Below, piece after piece: positions 40,035-54,427 of a stretch of 64,000 nt of DNA. Made by a program: the position numbers and the translations under genes. Source of the stretch: Octopus vulgaris. Lineage: Eukaryota. The stretch's first letter is position 1. Each line of letters opens with the position of its first letter. Location: positions 24,428,001-24,492,000 of the forward strand of contig OX597823.1 of assembly GCA_951406725.2 (NCBI GenBank), read 5' to 3'. The notes below the pieces were generated by a model, which ran no database searches, was not told where the DNA came from, and saw nothing but the letters and a program-made list of their open reading frames with translations.

Positions 40035-41040
40035 TGGTCAATGTGGAAGCAAGGGATAGATGAGTGGTTAGTGAGAGCTAGACAAACCATCTACAGGGAA
40101 GCTGCCGGTAAGGTGTAGGTTTGTAACGGGCATAGCAATGAATTCAGTGAACAAGTAAGGGTTCACTAAGGATCAGTTCTCAGCCCCACCTTGTTTATCA
40201 TAGTCCTTCAGGCCTTAACAGAGAAATTTAAGAGCTCCCCTATGCTTATGACCTTGATCTTATGTTGAATCACTACCTGACCTTGAGAAGAAATTTCAAG
40301 TGTGGAAGCAAGGCCTGAAATCTAAGGGCCTTAGAGTTAATTTAGCAAAAAACAAAGTCCTAGTAAGTAGGAAAACAGACAAATCACAAGGCCCCTTAGA
40401 GAGATGGCACGGTTCGATGTATAAGAAGTGTGTTGTTAGAAATTCCATATGCTCTACCTAGAGCAAGTTTTGGACACATACGAGGTGTGACAGTATCACA
40501 GGAAGGTTAACAGAGAATATAATCTTTGTATGTGGCAAATGTGCGAATACAACAATCACTAAAAATGCACAGACAATAGACTTGCTCAAATGCTCGGAGG
40601 AATCATCAGAAATAGTAGGTAGCCTCTGTTACCTAGGTGACAAAGTTAGCAGTGGAGGAGAATGTTCTGAAAGTGAAGTTGCTATAATAAGAACAGGCTG
40701 GGCGAAGTTTACTTTTGTTGGTAACTAAAGGCCTCTCCCTCAGTGTGAAAGGCAGATTGCATGATACCTGTGTACATACAGCTATACTACACGACAGTGA
40801 AACATGGGCTTTGACTATAGAGGAGTTCTGAAAGCTTGAAAGAATTGATGCTAGCATGCTCCACTAGATGAGTAATGTCAATTTGCACATCATATGTGTG
40901 AAAGAGAGAAGACTGTGTTGGTTTAGTTATGAGATAGGTATGGACATGTCAACCTCTCCTAGGCTGGCACCATGATGAAATACACCCAGTACACTCTGCA
41001 AAGTGGTTGGTGTTAAGAAACCCAGCCAAATATAACAAGA
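40035..41040 (+). mobile_element. Degenerate RTE LINE RT fragment
   Basis: GVH*GSVLSPTLFIIVLQA, YAYDL, KGLRVNLAK, ILHDSETW motifs. Confidence 0.8.
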
Positions 41041-41770
41041 AAGTGAGAAGTGGGGCTACCACCATGGTTTGAAAAGCAGCAACTTTGAATAAGAGGTGAC
41101 TCAGGTTTATTCAACTTGTCAAGTTTGTACAGAAGCATATTATGGATTATAAATTATAGTTTATAAATGTAACATTCTTCTCTCTACTTTGTGTTTCATA
41201 CAATACTCTGTAGTATTCAGAAGCAAACTGTGCATTTACTACTCAATCAGAAGTACAAGTGAAATTCACTCTGGTTATCTTTTGATTACCACTCATCAAT
41301 ATAGTGAGCCAAGCTGAATAATCAAAAAATAATTTGCCTGGATTTTACCATGACTGTGCCTTTGTGTTGAGTGTGAGTGCATGTGTTATGTATGTATGTA
41401 TGTATGTATGTATGTATGTATGTATGTATGTATGTATGTATGTATACATGCATTAAGTATGTATGACTATGCACATACACTTATTTGTATGTATATGTAC
41501 ATATACAGGATTATGCACAAATCATGCATGAGTGTAAATTTCTTTCAATGAATGTCTTAATATCTGAAATTCTAAATATTTCAAATACATATGTGTATGT
41601 GTTTAAAGTACATGTGTATGTATGTATTTGTATTTATATCTATGTGCAAATTACTTTCATTTGATTCACTCAATACCTTTCATTCTCCTCATTCTCACCT
41701 GCTTTATTTCCTCATTTTCACCCTCTTCAATATACTCACAACTAATATCAATTTCTCTTTTCAATTTCAG

Positions 41771-41941
41771 CTTATGCACGTATTGACTGTGGGCCTCCCA
41801 AAGACATTGTTGATACATTAAAGTCCTACAAAACTACTGCCTATAAATCTGAAGTACTCTATACTTGCTCAGATGGAATACAACTAAAGTCAATATGTCA
41901 AAAGGACAACAAATGGACTCCAGTAGCATCTTCCTGTAAAG
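41771..41941 (+). CDS. Exon S5: Sushi/CCP-like module (absent from the ORF track)
   Basis: tttcag|CT...AAAG|gtaaca, 171 nt. YARIDCGPPKDIVDTLKSYKTTAYKSEVLYTCSDGIQLKSICQKDNKWTPVASSCK. Confidence 0.9.
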
Positions 41942-44192
41942 GTAACATAAATGCCTTCCTATTGCCTCTGACTAAGTAATTTTGTTAAATTTTTCTGTTA
42001 AATACTGGCTGGCACCATTACTATTTCCATGGTGTTTGCAGCTGGTGGGAAGAAGAGAGGAAGGTATCCTCAAGCAAGAGGCTTCTTCAGATGCTTGCAA
42101 TGTAGAGGATTCAATTAACATTACCAAAGAGCCTGATGATGCTATTAAACTTGATGATGGATTAAGTTTACTGACCAAGAAATTGAAGGCTAGAAACTTG
42201 TCACCAGATGTATTTCAAAAAATTTCCATCCAGTAATTTTCATCCACAAGGATTCATTGTGAAGCAGATTTTTAACCACACCCACAAAACTCTAGCAATA
42301 CAAAATTCTTGCTAAGTAAACTTATTAGCTCATTAGCTATACTTCACCTCATCTTGACACATTTTTCTCTTAATTTCTTATTTAACCTTTCTCACCCATA
42401 TTTTATATCATCATCCAAAACTCAGTACAATTTAATGCCTTGAGTCATTCTTCACTAAGACTCTGCAATCCTCTGAAATAAACTTGTGCTTCTTTTGCTC
42501 TCTCTCAATTCTGCACCCTTGATTATAACAAAATTACTAATAATAATTATAAAGATTCTTAATTTGCACACAAAGCCAAAAATCTTTGATGGACAGGTAT
42601 TGTCATCACCATTACCCTTACAATTTGACTGAAATCCAAGGATTAGTGTCCTCTCCAATTATTGTACACTGACCAAGTTTTATGCACTCAGGTCTCCATC
42701 CACTCTTGCCATTTTTCTGCTAATTTCACCTTCATTTCAATAATTTCCCTTGAGGACAGTACTTTCCACATCATCCTCACTTGCTTTACAAGTGAAACTT
42801 TAAAAATACAGACAAGGGTGTTTACACAAGTGGAAAGTCAATGTCATTCGACCATTCAACTTCACACACCAATCACCCTCTTTCTGTATAGCTATGAAAC
42901 AGAGGAAAACTGCCTTCTCCATCCTGTTAAAGGAGGTCAACTTGTTATCTTTATGATGGACTTGACTAACAGCCACATCCACCCCCCATACAACAACAAC
43001 AGATATATTTAACTCCATAAATCAGCAATACTTGGATGTTGAATTAGTGCATGCAAAATGGTTTTGTTTTATTGCCTGAATATCAAACAGCCTCTCTGAT
43101 GGTACTTATATGACTGGAGTCCTTTGGTAGCTCTGCCAAACCAAGAACTTCAGAAAGTTGTCTATAGTATTCCCTGACAAAATGTCCTCCAAAACACAAC
43201 TTAGCAGTTCGTTGTTCATCAATACTCAGGACAGCCCTAAGAATGTCAGCACTCTATCCCTCCACTAACACTCAATGGATTGCTAGAGTGGAACATCCTC
43301 CAATCCCTTTGCCCAGATCAGATTTGATCCTGCATTCTATATCTTCTGAAATCCTGAAATACACTTTTTAAAGATCGTTTGGAATGATCAAGGGAGATAT
43401 TGTTTATAGTTCTAACACATTATATGCCCAGATAGGGCCTTTCATAATAGCTGGTAAATTTCAGATTTATTATCACAAGCTAAATTATTTCACACAGTTT
43501 ATCTTCTGGTGTAATTTGTTGCCTTATTCAACACCACCACCTGGCCTTTGAGTGGTCTTGGTGATGGTGATGGACACTATTTGATCCAATCTTAATATAT
43601 CTATTACAGTTGCAAACATTCATATTGACCAAGAGTTGCTCAGGCTGAGCATGAACCACTTTAATCTCATGTATGTAGGAGAGAATGTGACCTGAGAATT
43701 TCATGGCTAAGTGGTTTCTGCCAGGGATAGCTTATGAAAGCATATAAATACCATCTCATTGTAATCAATTATGTATTCTTTTGTTTAGGTACATGGCTGA
43801 ACAAAGTTAGAGAAAGCATTGAGACTGTGTGGTATTCATGTCTTTCTCAATGGCACTAGCTGTCTATGTAACATGAACTGATTTAGACTGAGAATGAAAC
43901 ATTGATCATTGACTCACACCACTCAATCCAAAATTTATACTAAAAGAATAACTGTGGAAAAATACTGAGAGTCATTTCCTGCATGGAGAACATACAGAAA
44001 AATGGCTACTTTTTGAATGAAAATATGATTAATTAAAATTTTACTCTAATTCATCATTAAAATAGAGTCGGATCAAAAAATTTAGATGACACAACCATAT
44101 AAACATAATTGCTATTTCTCTTCCTGTAATTAAAATTTAGTGAATTCAAATTTCTTTGCTTACTATATTAAGTTGTGAGAATCCACATTTAC

Positions 44193-44352
44193 TACATTCT
44201 CTTACTTGTTTCAATCATTTGACTGCAGCCATGCTGAAGCACCACCTTTAGTCGAACAAATTGACCCCCAGGATTGCCGAACCACTAAGTTACAGGGGAC
44301 ATGAGCACACCAACATCAGTTATCAAGCAATAGTGTGGGGACAAACACAGAA

Positions 44353-44384
<32 letters not shown>

Positions 44385-44545
44385 GATGATCTTCTTTCAG
44401 TTTCTATCTACCAAATCCACTCACAAGGCTTTGGTCAGCCTGAGGTTATAGTAGAAGACATTTGCTTAAGGTGCCATGCAGTGGGACTGAACCAGAAATC
44501 ATGTGGTTGAGAAGCAAGCTTCTTACCTCACAGCCACTCCTGCAC
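44193..44545 (-). mobile_element. CORE-type tRNA SINE
   Basis: gtagaagacatttgcttaaggtgccatgcagtgggactgaacc (CORE-like block plus B-box on the minus strand). Second copy at 55.3-55.7 kb. Confidence 0.75.
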
Positions 44546-44608
44546 CTATATATATAGAATTGTTGTTATTGTTATTTTTCATTCGCCTAAATTTTACTTT
44601 AACTTTAG

Positions 44609-44848
44609 ATCCTCAGCTCCATTTTGTGAAAATAAAAGATGCAGCTCTGGATGTACCTGGGAAAAAATTGTTGGATAAGCAAGATGTAACAGCAGATGAA
44701 TGTGCAGAAAAGTGTCTGTCTGATGAAAGTTGTTTATCATTTGAAATAACCAAAGGAAATAGAAAATGTTACTTATCAGAGAAATCTGCAGTCACCTCCA
44801 AGAAATTAAAGGGAAACAAAGACAGAGATTACTATCAACGAGTAAAAC
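44609..44848 (+). CDS. Exon P4: PAN/apple domain, basic type (subtype b)
   Basis: ctttag|AT...AAAC|gtaatt, 240 nt. PQLHFVKIK...CAEKCLSDESCLSFE...RKCYLS...DYYQRVK. Confidence 0.92.
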
Positions 44849-45505
44849 GTAATTATTTTTTGGTATTTTATTACTGGAATTCTCTTTTCTATTATTTCTG
44901 GAATTTGTGACTCGGTTTGTACTTCACACTATATAGACCCCAATTTCTGTAAAGGCATTGACAGGTTTACCTATAAGGCCAGATATACACAAATTCCAGA
45001 AATAAGCAATATTAGGAAATGTAAATACTGATAAGACATTCTCATACAACTTTTATTCACCTTGAACAATTTGATGAATGTTTTTGATTGTTTTTTTATG
45101 TAAGAAAGGAAATTCTTTTTGTTTTTCTTCAACCTGAGGAGTAGTGGTGGTGGTGGTGGTAGCATTAGCAATAACAGCAGCTTTTTCTTCATTTCTCCAT
45201 GTTAGCGCCACTTAGTACTGTTACAACACAATGTCTTGGCTCTAGTTTTTGTCCTTCATTATCCAGTATTCAAAATAACAGAAAATGAATTACCAGTTTA
45301 TGTAGTTGTATATTTCCTATATTTTCTCATGGTTAATGTAGCAAGATACCCTTCCTACCATCAACCATTACACTAAATGAAGTGAGTATAGTTTCCCCAT
45401 GTGTGTGCAGAGTGATATATTTATTACTTTATAACAAATCAGAGACATGAAAATAAAGCAACAAACATAAGATCCCATCCTTGAACAAGGACAAAAGACA
45501 GATTG

Positions 45506-45547
<42 letters not shown>

Positions 45548-45687
45548 ATGTATACATATATGTACATCTACAGATCTATCTTCTATACACATAAAAAACA
45601 TAAACACATACACGTACACACACACTCTCACACATGTGTGTATATACACACTCATACAAAGATACATACATATACATACATACATCT

Positions 45688-46690
45688 ATTACATGCGAAA
45701 AAGCAAGCAAGAGAAATAATATTCTTAAGATTATAAATCTGGAAAAGTACAGAACAAGTTATTACACTTTGAAAGGTTCAGGACATGTTATTACATTTAG
45801 TAAAGTACAGAAGAGAATTTTTATTTAAAGTATTGCAGCTGAGGATAAAATTTCAAATAGAATATTTAGATTTAGAAAATATTAGCTTTTATTAAAACTA
45901 GAAATTTTATTACAACTTATTACTTCTATTTATTATTACTCGGGCTCCCCAGACCCCAGTTGAACCGTCCAACCCATGCTAGCATGGAAAGCGGACGTTA
46001 AATGATGATGATGATGTTACTTCTATTAAAAATATAAAATAACTTAAAATATTTTTTGCACTTTAAAAAAATTCTTTTTTTTTTCTGTTAATTAACAATT
46101 AGCAATTTGAAAATAGGTTATAAAAATAATAGTAGTACATTATTAGTAAGTACAATAAATAGAATAATACAAAAATTAGTTATATATTACAGTAAAATCT
46201 ACCCATGGCAACAAATTCACAGTAAAATTTGCTTGTGTTATTGCCTAAATTCTTGCCAAGTCTTCACAGTTTTAGTCTTGACCTAATGTCTATTTTTTAC
46301 ATAATGAATTTGCCTACCATACATACTATTCTACTTTGCATAAAACTTTAGCTATAATTGTACTTCTGTTTCTAATTTTTTAAGTATTCTAGTGTGTCAA
46401 TATTTTAACAAAATGATGATACCTTTTTTAATTATGTTACTTTGTAAATTAAAATCAAATAATTTTTAATATTCAAATTTTATCCTTAGCTGCAATATTT
46501 TAATAAAAATTTTCTTGTTCTGTACTTTACCAGATGTAATAAGCTGTCCTGTACTTTTCCAGGTTTATAATCTTAAGAATATTATTTCTCTTGCTTGCAT
46601 TTTTCCATGTAATCCATGATTTTTTTCCAGGGTATGCTATTATGCTAATTAATAATGTGTCAATAATTTAAGATTTTACCTCATTGAAAA
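45688..46690 (+). mobile_element. Older fold-back element, arms ~150-170 bp
   Basis: 45688-45860 is the degenerate reverse complement of 46468-46613. Tail aagattttacctcattg resembles the end of the 25632 element. An RTE tail fragment is inserted at 45940-46017. Confidence 0.7.
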
Positions 46691-47542
46691 TTGTCTATCA
46701 TTTAAACTGACATAATTAAATTAATTGCAAATTATCAGTGTCATTGATAATTTTTTTCCTTACCTCATTGATGCCAGCGACATCTATTAAAAGTCCCCTT
46801 ATAGAACTATATATTCATAAAAAAGTGTAGAGTTGTATCATCACCCCCAAATTTGAGAAGCAAACACTCACAACTTTTTTATTTTGAAATTTTATTGCAT
46901 GAGACTGATACCATGAAATTCCTCAAATTGTGCTCTATCAGTTAAGCTTAATCAAAATATAGTTTGTTTTTAAAATACAAAAATTAATTATACTTAAATC
47001 CAACTTTTTGCCTTACTTATATTTTTTTCATGAAATATTTACCTCACAACTTTTTTGATACAAATTTGTTTTGCATGAAACCAAAACTATGAAATTTCTC
47101 TAACATTGAAGCTAATTTGCTTTTAAAATAAAAAGAGTTATTTAGATCTAAGCACAATTGGTGGCATTACTTACTCTCCTATAATGTTACTACAAATTTT
47201 GATGTAAACTTTTTTCTACTGGATCAAATCTCAATATATTTTTATGCCAAAATCTAGCTAGGGACCAGTTCTCTTCAAAAATGTTAACAGTTTTCAATTT
47301 GGTTAAGAACTGAATTAGCGAGGAAGCTCTGAAAGATACTGCGTGTGAGTAAATTGCAACCTTAAGAATATTATTCAACTACTACCATAGTTGGATGATT
47401 AACTACTACTGTAGTTGAATGATATACATCTACATATACATATACCCAGATGAACATATATATATATGTATTTGCATATATATGTATACATACACAATTA
47501 CATATATATGTATACACATACACACTCACATACGCACATATA

Positions 47543-48794
47543 TATTGGGTCATCCCATAAATAATGCGGTTTTTTATACTTCTTTTATTTTTCAAAATTA
47601 AGATAAAGTTTTTTTTAAATCTAAAATATACTCTCTTTTTTTACAATGCTCTTCCATTTTATGATGTTCTTTATCTGATAGACTTGCAAGGCCTCTCTTC
47701 CAAAATTCACCTATCCATGTTAAAAAATACTCCTCCAATACTGTTCTGACCTTGTCTACAGAATTCTTATTTTTTTCTATCCAAATGATTTTGAAGGCTG
47801 CAGAATAAATGATAATCAGATGGGGCAATGTCCAGCAAATATGGTGTGTCGGTCATCTTCACTGTATGTGGCCAAGCATTCCCTTATGGAAGAACACCTT
47901 TCATCTTGAAACCAATGATGGTTGTTTTCCTTCTAGTGCTGACTTAAGCCACTCAAGCTACTTACAATAGATCTCTTTTGTTATCATTTTGTTTGAGTTT
48001 AAATGTTCAAAGTGGACTCAGCCTTTCATATCCCACTAAATAGCTAACAACACCTTACATGGGTGAGACCTCTAGCCTGGAGTACCAGTGTTTCTCCTTT
48101 CTCTACCCACCGTCTTCAGCTTTTGACATTTTTATACAGAACCCATTACTCGTTGCCAATCACTATTCAAAAAAGGCTCATTCATGAGTTATGACAGCAA
48201 AGAAGAGCACACATTCACTTCCTGCATGCGATTAGACTCAGAAAGTTTACAAGGGACTCATTGACTCAATTTACTAACTTTTCTAATGACACACAGGTGG
48301 CCAGGTGTCAATGAATGGTTGAATGGCTAAATCCAAGCTTTTCTGCTAGTTCCACAACAGTTACAATGGGATTTTGTTCCACCAAGGTTTGCAGAGCATC
48401 CTCATCAAGCTTTACATATTCCAGGATGAGGCTCATCTTCTAGGCTGTAATTTCCGGCTCAGAATTACTAGAGCCACCATTGACTCTGACTTATTCATAT
48501 TGTCCGATCCCCATATAATGCATTAATATCCCTTTCACTTTCCATTGCATTGTTGCCTTTATTGAACTCATAATGCAAAATATACTGAATAAGCTTCTTT
48601 GTCACTTTCATTATAGCTTCAAAAAAATAACTGGCAAAATCAACTTGCACTCTTCAAAACTTTCACTAAGAATTTGTACAAGGTAAAATTACTACCTGCT
48701 TTTATAGCTTGATACAGGTAGTTTACCCCACTCCTCCTCCAACTTCTAGTTCATGCAATTGAAAAAATTGCATTATTTATGGGATAACCCGATA
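47543..48794 (-). mobile_element. Mariner element, full-length, degenerate
   Basis: TIRs tattgggtcatcccataaataatgcggtttttt / aaaaaattgcattatttatgggataacccgata. Transposase C-terminus in ORF 47598-47828 (FWKRGLASL). Confidence 0.88.
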
Positions 48795-48799
48795 TATAT

Positions 48800-49340
48800 C
48801 ATGATCATCATCAAATGTCTTCCATGCATGCATGGATAGAACAGTTCACAGGAGTTGGCCAAGTAGAAAAACTACCCTATGCTACAGTGTCTGTTTTGGC
48901 AGGGTTTTTATGGCTAGATGCTCTTCCTAACACCAACCACTCTGCAGAGCGGACTCAGTACTTTTTACGTGGCACTAGCACAGCCAAGATAAGTTTTGGT
49001 ATGATTTTTACAGCTGGATGCCCTTCCAAATGCCAACCACTTTACAGTGTGGACTGGATGCATTTTGTATAGTCCCAGCACTGGCAGTGTCACCCTGTAG
49101 CTCACAAGACAAGGGATTATGAGAAAGGCAGGGGAATTTGTGGAGGGGAGCTTGTGCCAGAGGATGAAATGTTAAAGGAGGTCAAAGAGACAAACAGGCA
49201 GAAACAGGTGTCTTGCTATAATGGAGGGGGCACTAGAGGAGGTGATCCAATATCAGATGATGAAAGGTTAAAGTGTGATAGAGAAATAGGGTAGCAGAAA
49301 CAGATGTCCAACTATAGCAGACGTACATGGTTACCCACTG
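48800..49340 (-). mobile_element. RTE-type 3' end
   Basis: (cat)n tail, catgcatgcatggatagaacag and ggatgc(c/t)cttcctaa motifs shared with 29566-29995. Confidence 0.65.
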
Positions 49341-49415
49341 AGAAACAGAGAGAGAGAGAGAGTGACCAAGAATGAGGACAGAAATAGGCGTGCTGCTGTA
49401 GAAGGAAGAGTAAGG

Positions 49416-49449
<34 letters not shown>

Positions 49450-49929
49450 GAAACAGCAAAAGTGTAAGATAGCTAGAGAGAGATGGTGAAGTGCCAGGGT
49501 ATACTCTCAAGTAACAAGGATCAGAGTATAGATATGATGGTAGAGTAAAGAAAAGAGAGGTATGGAGGTCATAATATATGCAGTCTTGTGTTGCCAAGAA
49601 GGCACAAGTAGGGAGTGGGGATTACAGTGACTGGTGGAAACCTAGGTAGAGGGCAGCAAGGGTAGGAAAGGGGATTGGAAGATAATCTTAGTTTATGAAG
49701 AAGAAAAGTGTTGAAGAGAAAGATACTATTTAGAAGAGGAGATGTAGTTCGGTTTCTTGGGTAGGGTGTGTTAAAAGTTTGCTGTTACATGTGGATGGGA
49801 CACAACCCTTCTAGCACTTAGTTACATTGATGTGGGTGGGTCTTCTCTAGAATCTTATATCACCAAACATTTCTGTCCATTGTCATTTCCTCCATAATCC
49901 CCAACATCCTAAGATCAGTCCTCACTACT

Positions 49930-52120
49930 TCATCCCAAAGAAGATGTTTGCCAATGTCCTGCAGCATGAAGATCAGAGACTTCAGGTATTCCAGATTGTG
50001 AGACAGTGTGTCAGAGAGAATCGAGATATTGTGGAAGAGAAATGTGTATGGATGGTCAATGGTATGCTTGCACCTAGTGATGTGGACAAGAAAGAGGCAT
50101 AGGAAGGTTACAATGCAAGGCTAATGAAAGTGGAGAAGAATGGGATAAAGGGAGTCACCTTCATGTAAACCCAGCAGAGGGGCCAGCTATACTAGCGGAG
50201 AGCAGTATAGTAGATAAGGCAATTAAAGATACAAAAACAGTGATAACTCATGGTTCATCTGGAGTTGCTGCTAAGATGCACAAAATATCTTGTGAAATAG
50301 GATCCAGAATAGTCACCTGCATAGTTAATCAGGTTATTCAGGAAGGTGTAATGCCCACTGACTGGTGTAGCAGCATTATTGTTAGCTGCTACAAGGGTAA
50401 GGGAGATACTTTAGATAGAAGCTATTACAGAGGCATCAAACTTCTAGACCAGGTGAGAAAAATTATGGAGTTATAGCCCAATTAATTAGAAGCAGAAGTA
50501 GGGTAGATGAAATGCAGTGTGGCTTTGCCCTGGAGAGAAGCACTACTGGTGCTATTTTCATAGTCTGGCAACTGCACAAGAAATCTTTAGTCAAGAATAA
50601 ACCATTATAATTTGCATTTACTGGTCTAGAGAAAGCCTTTGATAGAGTGCCTAGCTGTTTGATATAGTGGACTCTGAGGAAGCTAGGAATAGAGGAGCGA
50701 CTTGTGAAAGCTGCACATGTACAGGGGAGCTCTCAGTAAAGTGAGAGTTTACTACAAGTAGATCAAAGAATTTAGTGTACATGTAGATGTTCATCAAGGC
50801 TCAGTCTTCAGTCCTCTACATTTCATCATTGTCCTCGAGGCCATTACAGACAAATTCAAGATTGGCAACCCCTGGGAAATACTATGTGCTGATGATCTTG
50901 CCCTTCTGTATCAGAGCTAGGATAGAAAATCCATGTGTGGAAGCAAAACCTGAAATTTAAAGGCCTTAAGGTTAACTTAGCAAAGACTAAAGTTTTAGTA
51001 AGCAAGAAAATAGACAGAAACCTACACACTTCAAGCCCTGCTAGATTTGTATGAAAGGTGTTGGCAGAAACTCAATACAGTGTACCCAGTGTAAGCTATG
51101 GACGGGCACACAAGATGTGCATTGGAAAATTCAGAAGTTTATCTGAGAAAGTAGTGTTTGTGGAAGATGCACTGGATCCATAAAAACTACAGATGCTAAA
51201 GAGATTGATTGTCTCAAATAACCTGGTGACTCATTAGAAATAGTGTTTATTTTATGCTACCTAGGGGACCGTTTATTTTATGCTACCTAGGGGACCAAAT
51301 TAGTAGAGGGAGAGGATATACAGATAGTGTAATAGCTAGAATCTGAATAGGAGGGGGAAATTCAGAGAGCTTTTACCTTTGTTGGCCACCAAAGATTTCT
51401 CTCTCTGAGTGAAAGGAAGATTGTATAATGCATAAATATGGACAGCAATTTTACATGGTCATGAGATGAAGGCCCCGAATGTAGGGGAAGTATGAATGTG
51501 AGAGAGGAATGAGTCTAGTATGCTCTGCTGGATATGTAATGTAAGTGTTCATGTTCAACAGTGCTAGTGTATTGAGTGGGAAGTTAGATTTAAGAGGAAG
51601 TAGTTGCAGTGTTCTAGAGAGAAAAATTCACTGGTTAGATCATGTGATGTAGATGAATGCTGACAGCTTCATAAAGAAGTGCTGTTCTCTCAAAGTAGAT
51701 GGATTATGTGAAAGAAGAAGACACAGGAAACCATGGGACAAAATACTGAGGGACAACTTCAGGATAGAAACTTTCAGATGAGAGGACAATGGTCTGAAAT
51801 ACCTGGCTCCTTACTATACTCAAGAAAACCTGTCCTCCACAGCAGAAGTGTTAAGGCCACATCACCTAGGGAGGAAAGTTAGCCTGCAGGAGTCATTTGC
51901 TGATGACATAAAAAACAATCATGCAGGTACCATGTAAAAGCACTCACGCTGTTGCCTTGTTAAAAGCACCCAGCACTTACTATACAGTGGTTGGTGTTAG
52001 GAAGGGCATATAGCTGTAGAAACTGAGCCAAATCAGACTGGATCCTGGTGCAGCTCTCTAGCTCACCAGCTCTGGTCAAACCATATAGCCCATGCCAAGA
52101 TGGAAAATGGACATTAAATG
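49930..52120 (+). mobile_element. Degenerate RTE LINE (RT to 3' end)
   Basis: WCSSIIVSCYKGKGD...[32 protein letters not shown] motifs. 3' tail at ~52080-52120. 26-bp tandem duplication at 51245-51296. Confidence 0.85.
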
Positions 52121-52369
52121 GACTTGCTGAACTTGCTGGCTTGTACCAAAATATGAAACTGAAATTTATTTTCTTCTTTCAATTTTGTTTCTATTTCTTG
52201 CTGAGTGTCCTCCAGACACCTAGAGCAAAGAAACACAGCATTTCAGTTGAAAGGTCATTAAAATAAACATATCAGTTGTTCACTAACAAAATCAAATAAA
52301 GTCAAGTATAAAAAATTATTTACATGAATGGTAGCCATTCTCACAGTGACTGCTCTTTCCAATACATGT

Positions 52370-52820
52370 GATGTACCAATAAAAACAATCTTTTGGACTT
52401 CTTACAGGGATGGTAAGCTAGGGGTCATTCTCAATATTTTTCAGTTCCGTTTTTGATCATTCCTACTGCTCCTGCAATCACTGGTATTGTAACAGCTGCA
52501 AGATGCTACATTTTATTAATTTCACTGAGCAAATCTTTATATTTTCTGAGGTTGTCAAATTCTTTTGCAGAAATATTATGATCAATAAGGGATACTCATG
52601 TCAATCAATAAACAAACTTTATTATTTTCGACTTTTACAACAATGTCCACTTTATTAGCTTTGTAGTTCTGTCTTTTTGTATAAGAAAGACACAAAGGAT
52701 CATAACATTTTCTCCCAGTTACAGCCTAAGGATGATGCTTATACTTGTCAACAGTTTCAATTTTATAATGCTGACATATTGACTTGTGTAAATGCTGCTC
52801 AACTCATGTCTTAATTTATC
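52370..52820 (-). mobile_element. Degenerate R4-like REL fragment
   Basis: Reverse complement resembles the C-terminus of ORF 53479-54294 (IPVIAGAVGMI). Confidence 0.6.
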
Positions 52821-53179
52821 ATTATTATTATTATTATTACTATTCTTATTGCTGTTGCTTTTGTTATTATTTTTCTTAATGTAAACCCCTGTGGTTAATG
52901 AAGAAATTATTATTATTATTTAAGATGTCACACTAATAAAAATAATAATAATAAAAATAATAACAACAACAACAACAACAACAACAACAATTATTCTAAC
53001 TGGTCATGCATTGTTTATCTTGATATGAGATCACTATGTTGTGCACATATGGTTGGGATGCATGTGCCTGGTGTACTCCTATCAGATGGGTAGTTATGAT
53101 GGGTATACTGGGCTTCATATATTTTACCCGTGTCACTTTGATGGCATGCACTGCTCTCTCACTCAATAATAATGTTAAA

Positions 53180-53217
<38 letters not shown>

Positions 53218-53382
53218 TAATGATAATAATAATAATGACATGACAAAGTCGAGCAATATTTACATAAGCCAATATGTCAGTGTTATAAAATCAAAATTGT
53301 TGATAAGTGTTATAAGCATCATCCTAAGGTTGTAATTGGGAGGAAAAAATATTTTTTATTATTAATATTATTATTATTATTC

Positions 53383-54360
53383 AGTAGTTTTATTTTTATA
53401 GCGTGCTTTCACTTCACTACCGAGCGCAGCTCTGTGTGCCTTGGGTATGTGCTGTGATTTGTTGTGATGCTCTGATGGTTATTGTATGGAAAGTGTTCTG
53501 CATAGGATGTGTGCAGTGCCTAGTAGTGCAATTTTCTGTATGTTATTTGTGTTTGTAAGTCCTGGTGTTTTAGTTATGTATTTGTCTGAATATTTTTTTA
53601 TCATGCCTAATGCACCTACTATGATAGGAATTGTTTCTGTTTTCAGATTCCACATTCTAGTTACCTCTATTTCCAGGTCTTTGTATTTTGAGAGTTTCTC
53701 CATTTCTTTTAGAGACACATTGTCATCTGCCGGTATTGATACATCAATTAGAAAGCATTTTTTTTCTTCATGATCTCTGACAACTATATCTGGTCTGTTG
53801 GCCTTAATTTCTCTATCTGTGTGTATCGGCATATCCCAGAGTATGGTAGCTTTCTCGTTTTCTGTGACCTTTTCTGGTGTGTGCCTATACCATCTTTTTT
53901 CTGTTGTTATTCCATAATGTTGGCATAGCTTCCAATGTATGTAGGTTCCAACTCTGTCATGTCTGTGAATATATTCCTTCTTAGCCAGGACTGGGCAGCT
54001 AGAGATAATATGATTTATTGTTTCTTGTCCATTTCCACATATTCTGCAGTTACTTGTAATATTTCTTTTCATTACATGTTTTTGGTAATTTCTGGCGGGG
54101 AGGCTTTGGTCTTGTGCTGCAATTAAAAATCCCTCTGTTTCTGCTTTGAGTCCTGAGCTTCTCAACCATTGCTGGGATTTTTCTTTGTCTATTTCTTTTG
54201 CGTTTAGTTTAGTCCAGTATTTACCATGAAGGGGCTTTTCTTGCCATCGTTTTATCATGGTTCGTTGCTGTTCTAATTTTAGTTTGGATTTCATTTGTTT
54301 TATAGCTTTTGTTGTTTCTTCATCATCTTCTTCTTCTTCTTCTTCTTCGTGTTTATTAGG
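53383..54360 (-). mobile_element. Young R4/Dong-like non-LTR retrotransposon 3' part (CCHC knuckle plus REL endonuclease)
   Basis: Uninterrupted 271-aa ORF 53479-54294: CRICG..ETINHIISSC, RHD, ILWD, RPDIV, IDVSIP, KYKDL, IPIIVGALG. (AAT)n at both ends. Confidence 0.92.
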
Positions 54361-54368
54361 TGGTATGA

Positions 54369-54423
<55 letters not shown>

Positions 54424-54427
<4 letters not shown>

